DNA of 64,000 nucleotides from an uncultured delta proteobacterium (GTDB taxonomy: Bacteria; Desulfobacterota; Binatia; UBA9968): contig CAVXEP010000029.1 of NCBI GenBank assembly GCA_963760795.1, positions 224,001-288,000 of the forward strand, in the 5' to 3' direction. The number at the start of each line of letters is the position of its first letter. Positions within the stretch are counted from its first letter, which is position 1. The notes beneath the pieces are model-generated. The model was given only the letters and a program-made list of their open reading frames with translations. It did not search any database and was not told where the DNA came from. The position numbers were made by a program, and so were the translations under genes. Shown piece by piece: positions 41,747 to 52,313 of the stretch.

Positions 41747-42868
41747 CTATAACGCCGCGCTCTTTGCGCGCACAAGCTCGGGCTTGTCGACAGCCGGCCG
41801 CTGTTTTGTTTGCTTAAGCGACGGTCTCTGGGATTGCCGCAGATATTGGATTTTCACCGGTTTCCTGCGTTTTGCCGAACGATACAGCGCTTCGATAACG
41901 CGCACGTCCGCGATTCCCTCCTGTCCCGAGGGTTCCGGAGTCCGGTTGTTAAGAATACAGTTGGAGAAATAATCCAACTCGGGGGCAAACTGATCACGCT
42001 TGCGAAAGGTTTGCTTGCGGCTTTTACCCTTGACCGTGACATAAAGATCGATCGGATAAACATATTCGTAAGCTTGATCGAGCCGCACATCACCTTTGGT
42101 GCCGACGATACGATAGCTGGCGACGTCGGCTGCCCCGAAACTTGAAGTAAATTCCGCCAATCGACCGTCTGGAAAGCGCAGCAGCGCCCCGGTCATTTCG
42201 TCGATTTCTTTGAACCGCTCGTCCTTCTTGCTCGTGCTGGTGAAAGCAAAAACCTCCGTGGGTTCTGCGCCGAAGAGATAGCGGGCAGCATTGATGCAAT
42301 AAATGCCAATATCGTAAAGTGTGCCGCCGCCTTTTTCCTTATCGGTGCGAATATTGTCCGGGCGCACCTGCATGGAAAAAGACGAGGTGAAGAAGCGCGG
42401 ATCACCGAGTTTTCCCGAGCGGATAATTTGTACGGCCGTCATATTCGCTGCTTCGAAATGAAGCCGATAGGCGATCATCAGCTTGACCCCGGCGCGTTCC
42501 GCGGCGCGAATCATCGCCCGGCAGTCTTTCTCGGTGACCGCCATCGGCTTTTCGCACAGAACGTGAATGCCTGCCCGTGCCGCTTCAATGCTGTATGGCG
42601 CATGGAGATGATTGGGTAATGCAATATAAACCGCATCGACCATGCCGCTGCGTAAGCAATCGCCATATTCCCGGTAAGAAAAGAGCTGATCGACGTGATA
42701 ACGTCGCCCAAGGACTTTTAGTTTTTGCGGATCATCGGATACCAAAGCCGCCAGTTGAGAATTTGCCCGCGCATGGGCGAACGCCGGGAGCACGGCGACT
42801 TGGGCGATATGTCCCAATCCGACCACCGCGTAGCGGATGATCCGCCGACGATCTTTAGAATTAGTCAT
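41747..42868 (-). CDS. Gfo/Idh/MocA oxidoreductase (glucose-fructose oxidoreductase-like)
   Basis: VVGLGHIA, CEKPMA, AYRLHF, GGGTLYDIGIYC. Confidence 0.93.
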   Translation of the reverse strand: MTNSKDRRRIIRYAVVGLGHIAQVAVLPAFAHARANSQLAALVSDDPQKLKVLGRRYHVDQLFSYREYGDCLRSGMVDAVYIALPNHLHAPYSIEAARAGIHVLCEKPMAVTEKDCRAMIRAAERAGVKLMIAYRLHFEAANMTAVQIIRSGKLGDPRFFTSSFSMQVRPDNIRTDKEKGGGTLYDIGIYCINAARYLFGAEPTEVFAFTSTSKKDERFKEIDEMTGALLRFPDGRLAEFTSSFGAADVASYRIVGTKGDVRLDQAYEYVYPIDLYVTVKGKSRKQTFRKRDQFAPELDYFSNCILNNRTPEPSGQEGIADVRVIEALYRSAKRRKPVKIQYLRQSQRPSLKQTKQRPAVDKPELVRAKSAAL

Positions 42869-42893
42869 ATTGGTATTTTCGCATCTGACCGCT

Positions 42894-43058
42894 TTAACCA
42901 ACGTCCAGCTGGCGAAGCTGCGCCGCCGCGTCTTCGATTGTCCGCTGATTAGCCGCGATCAACAAATCGATGTCTTCATCCGCGCCGCATGGGTCGAGCT
43001 CAAAACCGATACCGGTCGATGCAGCAGTGACAATTGCTAATGGCAAACAATCCGTCAT
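42894..43058 (-). pseudogene. Truncated short-chain dehydrogenase (SDR) relic
   Basis: MTDCLPLAIVTAASTGIGFEL..DLLIAA..IEDAAAQLRQL* (54 aa); degenerate TGxxxGIG; AGGAGAGG RBS and ATGA overlap with the upstream gene. Confidence 0.7.
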
Positions 43059-43618
43059 CTGGTTCCTCTCCTTGAGTTTCTTTGCGGCAATGCCGCTGAA
43101 TTGGCTGGGCTCTCAGGATCAAAGTCTGATTGCTGGAGCCGGTTAGGCTCTGCGGCAGATTGAGTCAGGTAAGTCGCTAGCGAGGCGAGGGAAAAATTCA
43201 GGTCGCCCAAAGCGCTTATTGACGTTCCAATATGACTTTTAAGGATTCGGTAAACCAGCCGGCAAAAAGCAGGATTGTCAAATACCAGAACTCCGACATA
43301 ACGTTCCGCTTCATGCTCGATGACCAGATAACATTGCGTCGAAACACGACTATCCCCATTCACTTGCCTTAAAATTCCGACTTCACCGGATGTGCTTTTA
43401 TCGCGTCCCGTTCCCGCCTGCGTCCACATCGGAGGCCAGTTCGCCGCTCCACGATACTGCATCTGCGGATGATCTCGCAGCGCCAGATAGTCAGAGGCGC
43501 GCTTCGACTCAACGGCACGGGTCCGCGTCCGATTGGGGCGCGTCTCTAAGTTAAAACGCTCTGGATTATTATTTGCTTTTGGCACAGACTTCTTTCTGGG
43601 TCTGTTCCGCCAGGGCAA
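43055..43618 (-). CDS. Hypothetical protein (LRDHP..NWPPxW..GEVGIL family); start uncertain
   Basis: Globular core LRDHPQMQYRGAANWPPMW..GEVGILRQV..YVGVLVFDNPAFC..LGDL. Confidence 0.7.
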   Translation of the reverse strand: MPWRNRPRKKSVPKANNNPERFNLETRPNRTRTRAVESKRASDYLALRDHPQMQYRGAANWPPMWTQAGTGRDKSTSGEVGILRQVNGDSRVSTQCYLVIEHEAERYVGVLVFDNPAFCRLVYRILKSHIGTSISALGDLNFSLASLATYLTQSAAEPNRLQQSDFDPESPANSAALPQRNSRRGTR

Positions 43619-43904
43619 GATACTTCTTCAATACGAACGGAATAAAAATTTTGGCCTTGCCCACTTAGCTTTATTACCTGGCTAAAGGACTCGCGACTCA
43701 AAAACTGTGCCAGTTTAGCGGACCATAAGTGTTTAAGAATACCGGCGAAACTCCGCTGAACAGTCCCAACGGTGATACATAGATTACTGTAACGGTACCG
43801 GAGTCGGGACTGCTTTATTGCGATTCCAATTGGACGGCTATCTATGTCTGGCCGGGATTGACGACACCTGCGTGAGCCTGTGGTGGCGCAGAAGCTTTAA
43901 TTCA

Positions 43905-45887
43905 TCAGCGCGGCTCTTTGCCATCGATGATGAGGTGCAGCCGCTCGTGATCGATCGGCTTGACGAAATGATGGTTGAAACCGGCGGCGCGCGAGCGCTC
44001 GCGATCTTCGTCGCGGCCCCAGCCGGTCTGGGCAATCAATATCGTATTATTAAAGCGTGGCTGGGCGCGAATTTGCCGCGCCAGATCGTGGCCGCTCATG
44101 CCGTGCGGCAGGCCAAGATCGATGAGCGCAAAATCAGGAATGAAGTCCTTTAGTATCGCCAGCGCGCTCGGGCCGTCAAGAGCAACTTTGACTTCGTGGC
44201 CGCTATACTCCAGCAGCAAGCCCAGCGACTTGGTCTGCACGCGGTTGTCGTCCACCACGAGAATACGTTTTCCACCGGCGGCGATACTCACGGTGCTCTC
44301 ATTGCCACGATCTTCGACGACTTCTTCGTCGACCGCGGCGGCGATCGGTAAGCGCACGATGAAATCACTGCCTTTGCCGACACCTTCACTGCGCGCTTCG
44401 ACGCTCCCTCCATGCAGCTCCACCAGACCGCGCACCAGAGCGAGACCGATGCCGAGCCCGTCTTGCGAGCGGTGCGAAACCGCACCGACCTGAGAGAACA
44501 GCTCGAATATCCGCGGCAGATGCTCGGCGGCGATGCCAATACCGGTGTCCTTCACAGAGAGGATCAAAATCTTCTCTGTTTCGACCGCGGCTTTGATCTC
44601 AATGCTGCCGTTGTTCTCGCTGTACTTGCACGCGTTGTTGATCAGGTTCGAAACCACTTGCGCGAGCCGCATGGGGTCGCCCTCGATATGGATAGGGCTG
44701 AGCGGCAACGACAGTGAAACTCGGTGGCCCGCGGCGTCCACATGCGGCTGTGAGTTTTGCAGTGCTTGATCGACAATCGATTTGACGGTGACCCGTTGCT
44801 TGCGCAGTTGGACCTTGCCGCTGCTGATGCGGCTGATATCCAAAAGGTCGTCAACCAAGCGCACCATTTGGTTCAGCTGACTCTCGGTGATCCTACGCGC
44901 GATCTGGAAATCCTCGGCCGTCAGATTGGGTCGCTTCAAAATCTCGACGGCGTTACGGATCGGCGCCAGGGGATTTCTCAGTTCGTGCGCCAAGGTCGCG
45001 AGAAACTCGTTCTTGCGCTGATCGGCTTGTTTCAATTGCTCGGCGTAGTCGCGCAGCGCGTTGCGCGCCTGTACCTCGGCGGAAATATCGCGGAAGTAGC
45101 ACACCACGCCATAGCGGCCGTCCGCCAGAGTAATGCGACTGAGCCGCCATTCGTAATACTCGGTCGTACCGCGGTCGTTGCGGAGTTCGCCGCGCTCGGG
45201 AGCGATATAGGGATCGCCGGTGTCGAGCGTGTGACGGAAGAGGGCGACAATTTCGTCGGCAAAGCGCTTGTGCCAAACTCTATGGATAACTTCGTCGAAG
45301 TCGCGGCCGATCAAATCGGAAATATCGCCGAAGACCGGCCGCGCCAGCGGATTTACTTCTCTGATGCGAAAGTCAGAGTCGACCAAGTACACGCCAAGAG
45401 GCGATTGATTGAGCAAGGTCTCGAACTGCGCATGCCGATGGCGCAGCGCGACCTCCGCCTGCCTGCGCTCGGTAATATCGCGCGCGATCTTCGAGGCGCC
45501 GACAATGCGGCCGTCGCCGGATGTGATGGGTGAGATGGTTAGCGATATATGCACCCGTGATCCGTCTTTTCGCATCCGGATGGTTTCAAAGTGATCGACG
45601 CGCTCGCCGCGCTTGAGCTGGTCGAGAATCCTCGGCTCTTCGTCGAGACGATCCGGCGGGATAAGCAGCGTGACCGGACGCCCGACTATTTCGTCGGCTG
45701 TGTAGCCGAACAGCCGCTCGGCGCTCTTGTTCCAACTGGTAATGACGCCATTAAGATCCTTGCTGATGATGGCATCGTCGGAGGAATCAACAATCGCTTT
45801 CAGCAACGCGGCTGACCGCCAGGCATCCGGCCCGACCGCTGCCTGAAGATCAGGCTTACTTTCCGAAAGCGGGTCGAAAGAAGACAC
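43905..45887 (-). CDS. Hybrid sensor kinase: PAS-PAS-HisKA-HATPase-REC
   Basis: IVDSSDDAIISKDLNG..WN, LAHELRNPL, NACKY, GLGIGL, ILVVDDN..DLGLP..VKP. Confidence 0.94.
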   Translation of the reverse strand: MSSFDPLSESKPDLQAAVGPDAWRSAALLKAIVDSSDDAIISKDLNGVITSWNKSAERLFGYTADEIVGRPVTLLIPPDRLDEEPRILDQLKRGERVDHFETIRMRKDGSRVHISLTISPITSGDGRIVGASKIARDITERRQAEVALRHRHAQFETLLNQSPLGVYLVDSDFRIREVNPLARPVFGDISDLIGRDFDEVIHRVWHKRFADEIVALFRHTLDTGDPYIAPERGELRNDRGTTEYYEWRLSRITLADGRYGVVCYFRDISAEVQARNALRDYAEQLKQADQRKNEFLATLAHELRNPLAPIRNAVEILKRPNLTAEDFQIARRITESQLNQMVRLVDDLLDISRISSGKVQLRKQRVTVKSIVDQALQNSQPHVDAAGHRVSLSLPLSPIHIEGDPMRLAQVVSNLINNACKYSENNGSIEIKAAVETEKILILSVKDTGIGIAAEHLPRIFELFSQVGAVSHRSQDGLGIGLALVRGLVELHGGSVEARSEGVGKGSDFIVRLPIAAAVDEEVVEDRGNESTVSIAAGGKRILVVDDNRVQTKSLGLLLEYSGHEVKVALDGPSALAILKDFIPDFALIDLGLPHGMSGHDLARQIRAQPRFNNTILIAQTGWGRDEDRERSRAAGFNHHFVKPIDHERLHLIIDGKEPR

Positions 45888-46141
45888 GTGGTACCCTCCG
45901 ATGAATTCGCGCCCCAGCCGTGGCCGCAGCCGGCGGTCGCAGAGAACTTTGGCAATCTATGCCATCCGCATTAATACAGCTAACGCCGTTTTGCACAAGC
46001 TGTGGGTGACTAGCGGTTAGTGACTTGCACAACGGAATAGAAAAAAAAACGCTACGCGATATGCGCCTGAGTTGCCGGTCGGTTTTAGCGTGGTTTAGAA
46101 ATGGCATAGGTCGCTTGATGAATTAGCCGGATGTTCGATAT

Positions 46142-49100
46142 TCACCTGCGCGGCTCTTTGCCGTCGAGAATGCGGTGCAGTCGCTCGTGATCGATCGGCT
46201 TGACTAAATGATAGTCGAAACCGGCGGCGCGCGAGCGCTCACGGTCTTCGTCGCGGCCCCAGCCGGTTTGGGCGATCAAAACAGTCTTTGGCAAAGCGCG
46301 GCTGCTCGCGTATCTGACGGGCGACATCGTAGCCGCTCATGCCGTGCGGCAAACCGATATCGATGAGCGCGTAGTCAGGCACGAAGTCCGCCAGTACCGC
46401 CAGCGCCTCTGGCCCATCGTTGGCGGTTTTGACTTCATGGCCGTCGAGCTCCAGCAGCATGGACAGCGACGTGGCCTGCATCTTGTTATCGTCGACGATG
46501 AGAAGTTTTTTGTGCTGCTGCGCCGGCCGGGGTTCAGCCTCCGGCTTGCGCTTCCGCTGGCAGCGGAGCTTGCGTCATCAGCGGCAGCCGGACGATGAAT
46601 ACGCTGCCGCGATTAATTCCCTCGCTATGCGCCTGGACGCTGCCGCCGTGCAGATCGACCAGATTTTTGACCAGAGTTAGGCCGATGCCGAGGCCGCCGC
46701 CCTCGGTGGTGCGCTCTCCCTGGCTGAACATTTCAAATGCGCGGCGCAATAGTTCGTTAGACATGCCGACGCCGTCGTCGCTCACGCTGACGACGACCTG
46801 GCCCTGCTCCCTTTCCGCGGCGATGCGGATGGCGCCGCCTTCGCGGGTAAATTTGGCGGCATTGATCAGCAGGTTGGAAAACACTTGCTCGAGCCGGGCG
46901 CGGTCGGCCTCCACCCAGAGTGGGTCATCGGGCAAGTCTACTTGCAGGCGATGATGCTTTTCATCGAGATAGGGTTGGCTGGTTTCGATCGCTTCACCGA
47001 TGATTTGGGCGAGCTCAAGCGGCTGCTTGCGCAAGGCGAGACGGTTGCGCGTCAGCCGGCTGACGTCAAGGAGATCTTCCAACATGCGCGCCATTTGTTG
47101 CACCTCGCGGCCGATGATATTCAAGCTCGTCTGGAATTTGGGCTCGGCGTTGCTGAAGCTACGCAGGATTTCCACCGCATTGCTGATCGGCGCCAGCGGA
47201 TTGCGCATTTCGTGGGCGAGCAACGCGACAAACTCGTTTTTCTGACGGTCGGCTTCTTTGAGCTCTGCGACGCGATCCTCTAACGCGGCTGCGGTTTGCT
47301 TCTGAGTGCTGATATCGAAGCAGACTCCGCTAAGGTATGCCGGCGCGCCCGCGCCATCGGTGACAACTTTGGCCGTCGTCAAAAGCCAGCAGATCGCGCC
47401 GTCGGCGCGCAAGAAACGCAACTCCTCGGAAAAAACGCCGGTTTCCAACGCCTGGCGCCGGGCGGCGCGCAGCTTTTCCCGATCGTCCGGATGAATCCGG
47501 CTGAAGAATCCCTCGCCGTTGCTGCCCGGTTCCGCCGGCAGACCAAGCAGCGCATGGATTCTTTCGTCCCAATGCAAGCGATCGGTCTTGAGATCGCAAT
47601 ACCAGGTGCCGAGGGAGCCGCCTTCGAGCGCCAGACGCAAGCGTTCTTCTTTTTCACGCAGCGCCTGCTCGGCATTTTTCATATCGGTGATATCGATGGC
47701 GGAGCCGACGTAGCCCAAAAAGTCGCCGGCGTCGGAGAGGCGCGGCACGCCGAGGGAATTCATCCAGCGGTATTCACCGTCATGGCGGCGCAAACGAAAG
47801 TTGGCTTCGAACGGAACGCGCTGGTTCATCGCGCGTGCGTAATTGTCGACAAGCGCATCATGATCTTCGGGATGGATGTAACGCGACCAGACTTCGCCCT
47901 GCAACTCGGCTGCGCTGCCGGCGCCGACAAATTGTCTGAAGGCTTTATTGACGGATTCACCGCCGTCAACGCCCTTGAGCCAGATGATTACCGGCGCGCT
48001 TTCGGCAAGCAGGCGGAAACGCGCTTCGCTTTCGCGGATCGCTTCGGCGCTCTTTTTGATATCGTCGATATCGATCAAAAGCATTACCGCGCCTTCGATC
48101 TTGCCATCGGCGGTGCGGTAGGGATGGATCCGCAGGCGATGCCAGCGCCCGTCGGCATCGCGCACTTCGCGCTCGCGCACCTGCACTTGATTGATGACTT
48201 CACGGATCAAATTATCGAGGTCGGCGATGTCGATGTTGGTCTTTAAATCGCTGAGCGGGCGGCCGATGTCGTTGGCGCGCAGGTTAATCGACCGGCACGC
48301 GGCTTCGGTATAGCGCCGGATGCGCAGGTCGGGACCGACCATGACCATCGGAATGGCCATGCTGGCGAGCAGGTTGGTCAAATCGTTGTTGACCTCGTTG
48401 AGCTCGAGATTGCGAGTGTGCAGCTGCTCGTTGACCGTCGTCAGTTCTTCATTGGTGGACTGCAGCTCCTCCTTGGCGGTTTCGAGCTCCTCGTTGGTGC
48501 TTTGCAATTCTTCGTTGCTGGAGAGAATTTCCTCGTTGGCCGAGCGCAGCTCTTCGTTGGCGGCGTCTTGCTGTTCGAGCAGTGACTGCAAGTATTCTTT
48601 GATCGCGACGAGCTCGCGGCGCAGTTGCACGACCTCGCGTTCTTCTTCAATCAGAGCTGCCTGAGACAGAGGCTGGCGCGCATCGCCATGGGTATCCGCG
48701 GCGCGCCCCGACCCCGGTGTCTCATTGAACAAAACCAGAAAACAGGTTTCGTGGCTGCCCGGCGGCCGCACCGGTACCACCTCGAGATCGATGCTGCGGC
48801 TGTGCGCCATCGACACGCAGGCGCACTCCCTGGCGGCGCACCGATCGATGTTGCTTGCGCACCTCTTCGATGGCGCTGCGCAGTTCCAGGAATAATCCTT
48901 CGCGCGCCATCTTGAGCAAATTGGTGGTGGGCTCGCCGGAAGGCAACTCCAGATATTCCCCGGTGCGGCCGCGAAACTGGAGGATGTCGAGATTGTCATT
49001 GACGAGCACGCCGGGCGGCGCATAGCGCCCGAGCAGAAGCCGGTCGACTTCGCGATGAAAATCCAGCGGCGTCGACGCCGGCGCCAGGCTGCGCTTCTCG

Positions 49101-50662
49101 GTCAAATGGCCGATGTGGCGAAAATCGTCCGGCGCGAAATTAATAATCGGCCGGTTCGCCGTCGGTCTTTTGGCGTAAATTTTGTTCGTTCGGTCGGTGA
49201 CATCGAATAGATCGAGGTGGTCGCCGATCGATTCGGAGCTGCCGAGCACGAGAAAGCCGGGCGAGTTGAGGGCGTAATGAAACGTCGGCAAAACCCGCTT
49301 TTGCAGCGGCGGCGACAGATAGATCAGCACGTTGCGGCAACTCACGATATCGACATGGGAAAAGGGCGGGTCCAAGGTCAGGTTCTGGCGCGCAAAGACG
49401 CACAGATCGCGCAGCGATTTGTCGATTCGGTAGACATGCTCCTCCTTTTGAAAAAAACGTCTCAAGCGCTCGGGACTGACCTCGGCTTCGATACTATCGG
49501 GATAAATGCCGGCGCGCGCTTTGTCGAGGGACGTCGGCTCGCTGATATCGGTGGCGAAGATCTGAATCGGCGGCCGGCTCGGTTTATTATCGAAGTACTC
49601 GAGCAAGCTCATGGCGATGGAATAGGCTTCCTGGCCAGTGGAGCAACCCGGAACCCACACGCGTATGGTCGCTAACGGTGGCTTGCCATTGATGATTTCC
49701 GGGTAAACTCGCTCTTTCAAGGCATCGAACAAAGCCGGATCGCGAAAAAAACTGGTGACGTTAATTAAAAGATCGTGGTAAAGCGCCTTGACCTCTTCCG
49801 GGTCTTTCTCCAGGCGCGGGATATAGTCGCCAAGGCTGTCGTGGGTATGCAGCGCCATGCGCCGCATGATGCGCCGTTTGATCGTCGTGTCGCGATACAA
49901 CGTGAAATCGACGCCGGTGACAGCGCGCACCCGGGTTAAAATTTTTCGGTATTGGCTTTCGCCATCCTCGTCGATAATCGGCGCGGTGGTTGGGCAGATC
50001 AGATAGGGGTGGGTGCGGATCTGCGCCAACCGGCGGGCGATTTCCTGGGGCTCCAGGATCAGATCGGCGCAGCCGCTCTCGGCGGCGCTGTGCGGCATGC
50101 CGCTAAACTTGGCCGAGCGCTCGTCTTGCGCGAAAGTGATGCCGCCCATCGCCTTGATCTCGCAAACCCCTTGGGCGCCGTCGGATCCGGTGCCGGATAG
50201 AACGATGCCCACGGCATATGTCTTTTGGTCTTCCGCCAGGGAGCGAAAGAAAAAATCGATGGGCAGATGGAGCCCGCGTGTCTCGGCGCGCGGCGATACT
50301 TGAAGCTTTCCCTCGACGATCGCCAGATTCACATTGGGCGGAATAATATAGACGTGATTGGGCTCGACTTTTTGCGCGTGTGCCGCTTCGCTGACCGGCA
50401 TTTGCGTAAAGCGAGCCAATAAATCGACGAGCCGGCTTTCATGATGGGGATCGAGATGTTGGATCAAGACGAACGCCATGCCGGTGTCGTCCGGAAGATG
50501 CGTGAGCAGTTGCTGATAGGCTTCGAGACCGCCCGCCGACGCGCCGATGCCGACGATCGGAAACGAGCCGTTGCCGTTATCGGCATCGGTGACCGCGCCT
50601 TTGTCGTGCATTTCCGGCACCGGAAATGACGACTCAGGATCGTTAGGATTACTCGAAGTCAA
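46142..50662 (-). CDS. CheB-CheR-coiled coil-PAS(x3)-HisKA-HATPase-REC fusion; three +1 frameshifts (near 48805, 46545, 46292)
   Basis: CheB GASAGG/QHL/GSDG; Che[24 protein letters not shown]; NEELQST heptads; AHEMRNPL; REC split across the last two ORFs. Confidence 0.9.
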
Positions 50663-50881
50663 AACCGTGCTCCTTGAGGAAAAAGTCGTGCGTGCATGCT
50701 GTTGCTTGCCGGAGTGTTGTGAAAATTACTTTTCCGAACGCGCGGTGTCATCTGGCGCATGCGTCTTTGGGCCCGCGCTACCGTCCCATAACACTATCTG
50801 AAAAAGTCGCGATTGGGAGACATTAATTTTTTATCCCGGCAACGGCTCGCAAGGTGATCGAAAGTTTAGGCCAACTGTTTT

Positions 50882-50897
50882 TGGCACGAGCGTTGCT
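50882..50897 (+). promoter_or_regulatory. Sigma-54 promoter
   Basis: TGGCACGAGCGTTGCT, perfect consensus about 75 nt upstream of the ATG at 50973. Confidence 0.8.
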
Positions 50898-50972
50898 CAC
50901 ACTTAAAGATTCAATTATTAGGCCAAAGTTAGAGCGCTGGTAAGAGGAGACCGCGTCGGTAGGGAGGGCCCA

Positions 50973-51329
50973 ATGGTTCATCAGCAGGAGAAGGTCAATC
51001 ACAATATTGAAGATTGCATCGAAAACTGTGTCGACTGCCACCGGGTTTGCTTGGAGACGATCCAGTATTGCCTGCGCATGGGCGGCAAACATGCTGAGGA
51101 AAAGCATATTCGCCTATTAACCGACTGCGCGCAGATTTGTCAAATCAGTGCCGACTTCATGATACGCGGCTCGGAAATGCACCATGAAACCTGCGCTGCC
51201 TGCGCGGAAGTGTGTGGGCGCTGCGCCGATGATTGTACCGCGCTGGGCGCCGACGACGAGCAGATGCAAGAGTGCGCCGAATGGTGCGGGCGCTGTGAGG
51301 AGAGTTGTGCCGAGATGGCGGGAGAGTGA
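50973..51329 (+). CDS. Cys-rich four-helix-bundle copper storage protein (Csp3/YhjQ, DUF326)
   Basis: 16 Cys in CxxxC/CxxC spacing within 118 aa; no signal peptide. Confidence 0.9.
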   Translation: MVHQQEKVNHNIEDCIENCVDCHRVCLETIQYCLRMGGKHAEEKHIRLLTDCAQICQISADFMIRGSEMHHETCAACAEVCGRCADDCTALGADDEQMQECAEWCGRCEESCAEMAGE

Positions 51330-51582
51330 ATCGACCATCGGAGATGCTGGACCATGATAATCAAACTTAATTGACGGTCCATATTCGCTTCGGCGTCGCC
51401 ACTTTCGGCGGCAGTCTTCAATTGGCTGGTAATTTTCTGTCCGAACTATGGGACAGATCGAGCGCCATGTGTCTCGATTTAAGTACATTCAGGCAAGGTT
51501 CTGCGATCATAAATTTTGCTAATCTGCGAGATGACATCGTTAGATTTTAACTATCACAACACTATTCTAGGAGAACAAATCT

Positions 51583-52224
51583 ATGTTGACAAAGCGCTGG
51601 ATCGCGGGCTGTCTGGTTTTTTTTCTCAGCTATTACGGCTCCGCCGCAATCGCCCAAGAAAGTCAGACGGCTAACGAGGACGCCAAGCGGCCGACCGCGG
51701 CCAAGCAGTTGCGTTCGCCGGACGTGGTCTACGTGCCAACTCCAGTTGAAGTGGTCGATGCCATGCTCAAAGTAGCCAAAGCGGGCAAGGGCGATGTGCT
51801 GTTCGACTTAGGTTCCGGGGACGGGCGTATTCCAATCATGGCGGTGGAAAAATATGGCGTAACCCGCGCTGTCGGCATCGAGATCAATCCGGATCGCATC
51901 GCCGAGGCGGAAGCCAATCGCGCCAAGGCGGGCGTTCGCGACCGCGTGCGATTTCTCAACGAAGATTTATTCGAAGCGAAGATCAGTGATGCCACGGTGG
52001 TGACGTTATATTTGTTAAATACACTCAATCTTAAGTTGTTGCCCAAGCTGCTGAATGATTTAAAGCCGGGCACCCGGGTCGTGTCGCATGCGTTCGATAT
52101 GGGCAGCTGGAAGCCGCAGCAAACACTCACAATCGATGGACGGTCGGTTTATTTCTGGACGATTCCGGCGAAGGGCACCCCGGAACACAGCGCGGCGCTG
52201 GCCGCGGCGGCTGCAAGCCGGTAG
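51583..52224 (+). CDS. Class I SAM-dependent methyltransferase with a signal-peptide-like N-terminus
   Basis: DVVYVPTP, DLGSGDGRI, ATVVTLYLL, RVVSHAF; N-terminal KR, hydrophobic core, AIA-Q. Confidence 0.88.
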   Translation: MLTKRWIAGCLVFFLSYYGSAAIAQESQTANEDAKRPTAAKQLRSPDVVYVPTPVEVVDAMLKVAKAGKGDVLFDLGSGDGRIPIMAVEKYGVTRAVGIEINPDRIAEAEANRAKAGVRDRVRFLNEDLFEAKISDATVVTLYLLNTLNLKLLPKLLNDLKPGTRVVSHAFDMGSWKPQQTLTIDGRSVYFWTIPAKGTPEHSAALAAAAASR

Positions 52225-52265
52225 GAAAAGAAGGGCCGAAAAACACAAAAAAGATTTGGCGTGAG

Positions 52266-52290
52266 GTAGGGGCGGGTTCAAACCCGCTCT
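52266..52290 (+). repeat. GTAG-type REP-like palindrome
   Basis: GTAG-GGGCGGGTT-CA-AACCCGCTC. Confidence 0.65.
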
Positions 52291-52313
52291 CCGCGGTTGA
52301 GCTCGAACGCGAA

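Noticed and set aside
46014-46029. GG-N10-GC match CGGTTAGTGACTTGCA on the plus strand
   Set aside because: Oriented opposite to both flanking genes; likely chance. It shows that single matches are weak evidence by themselves.
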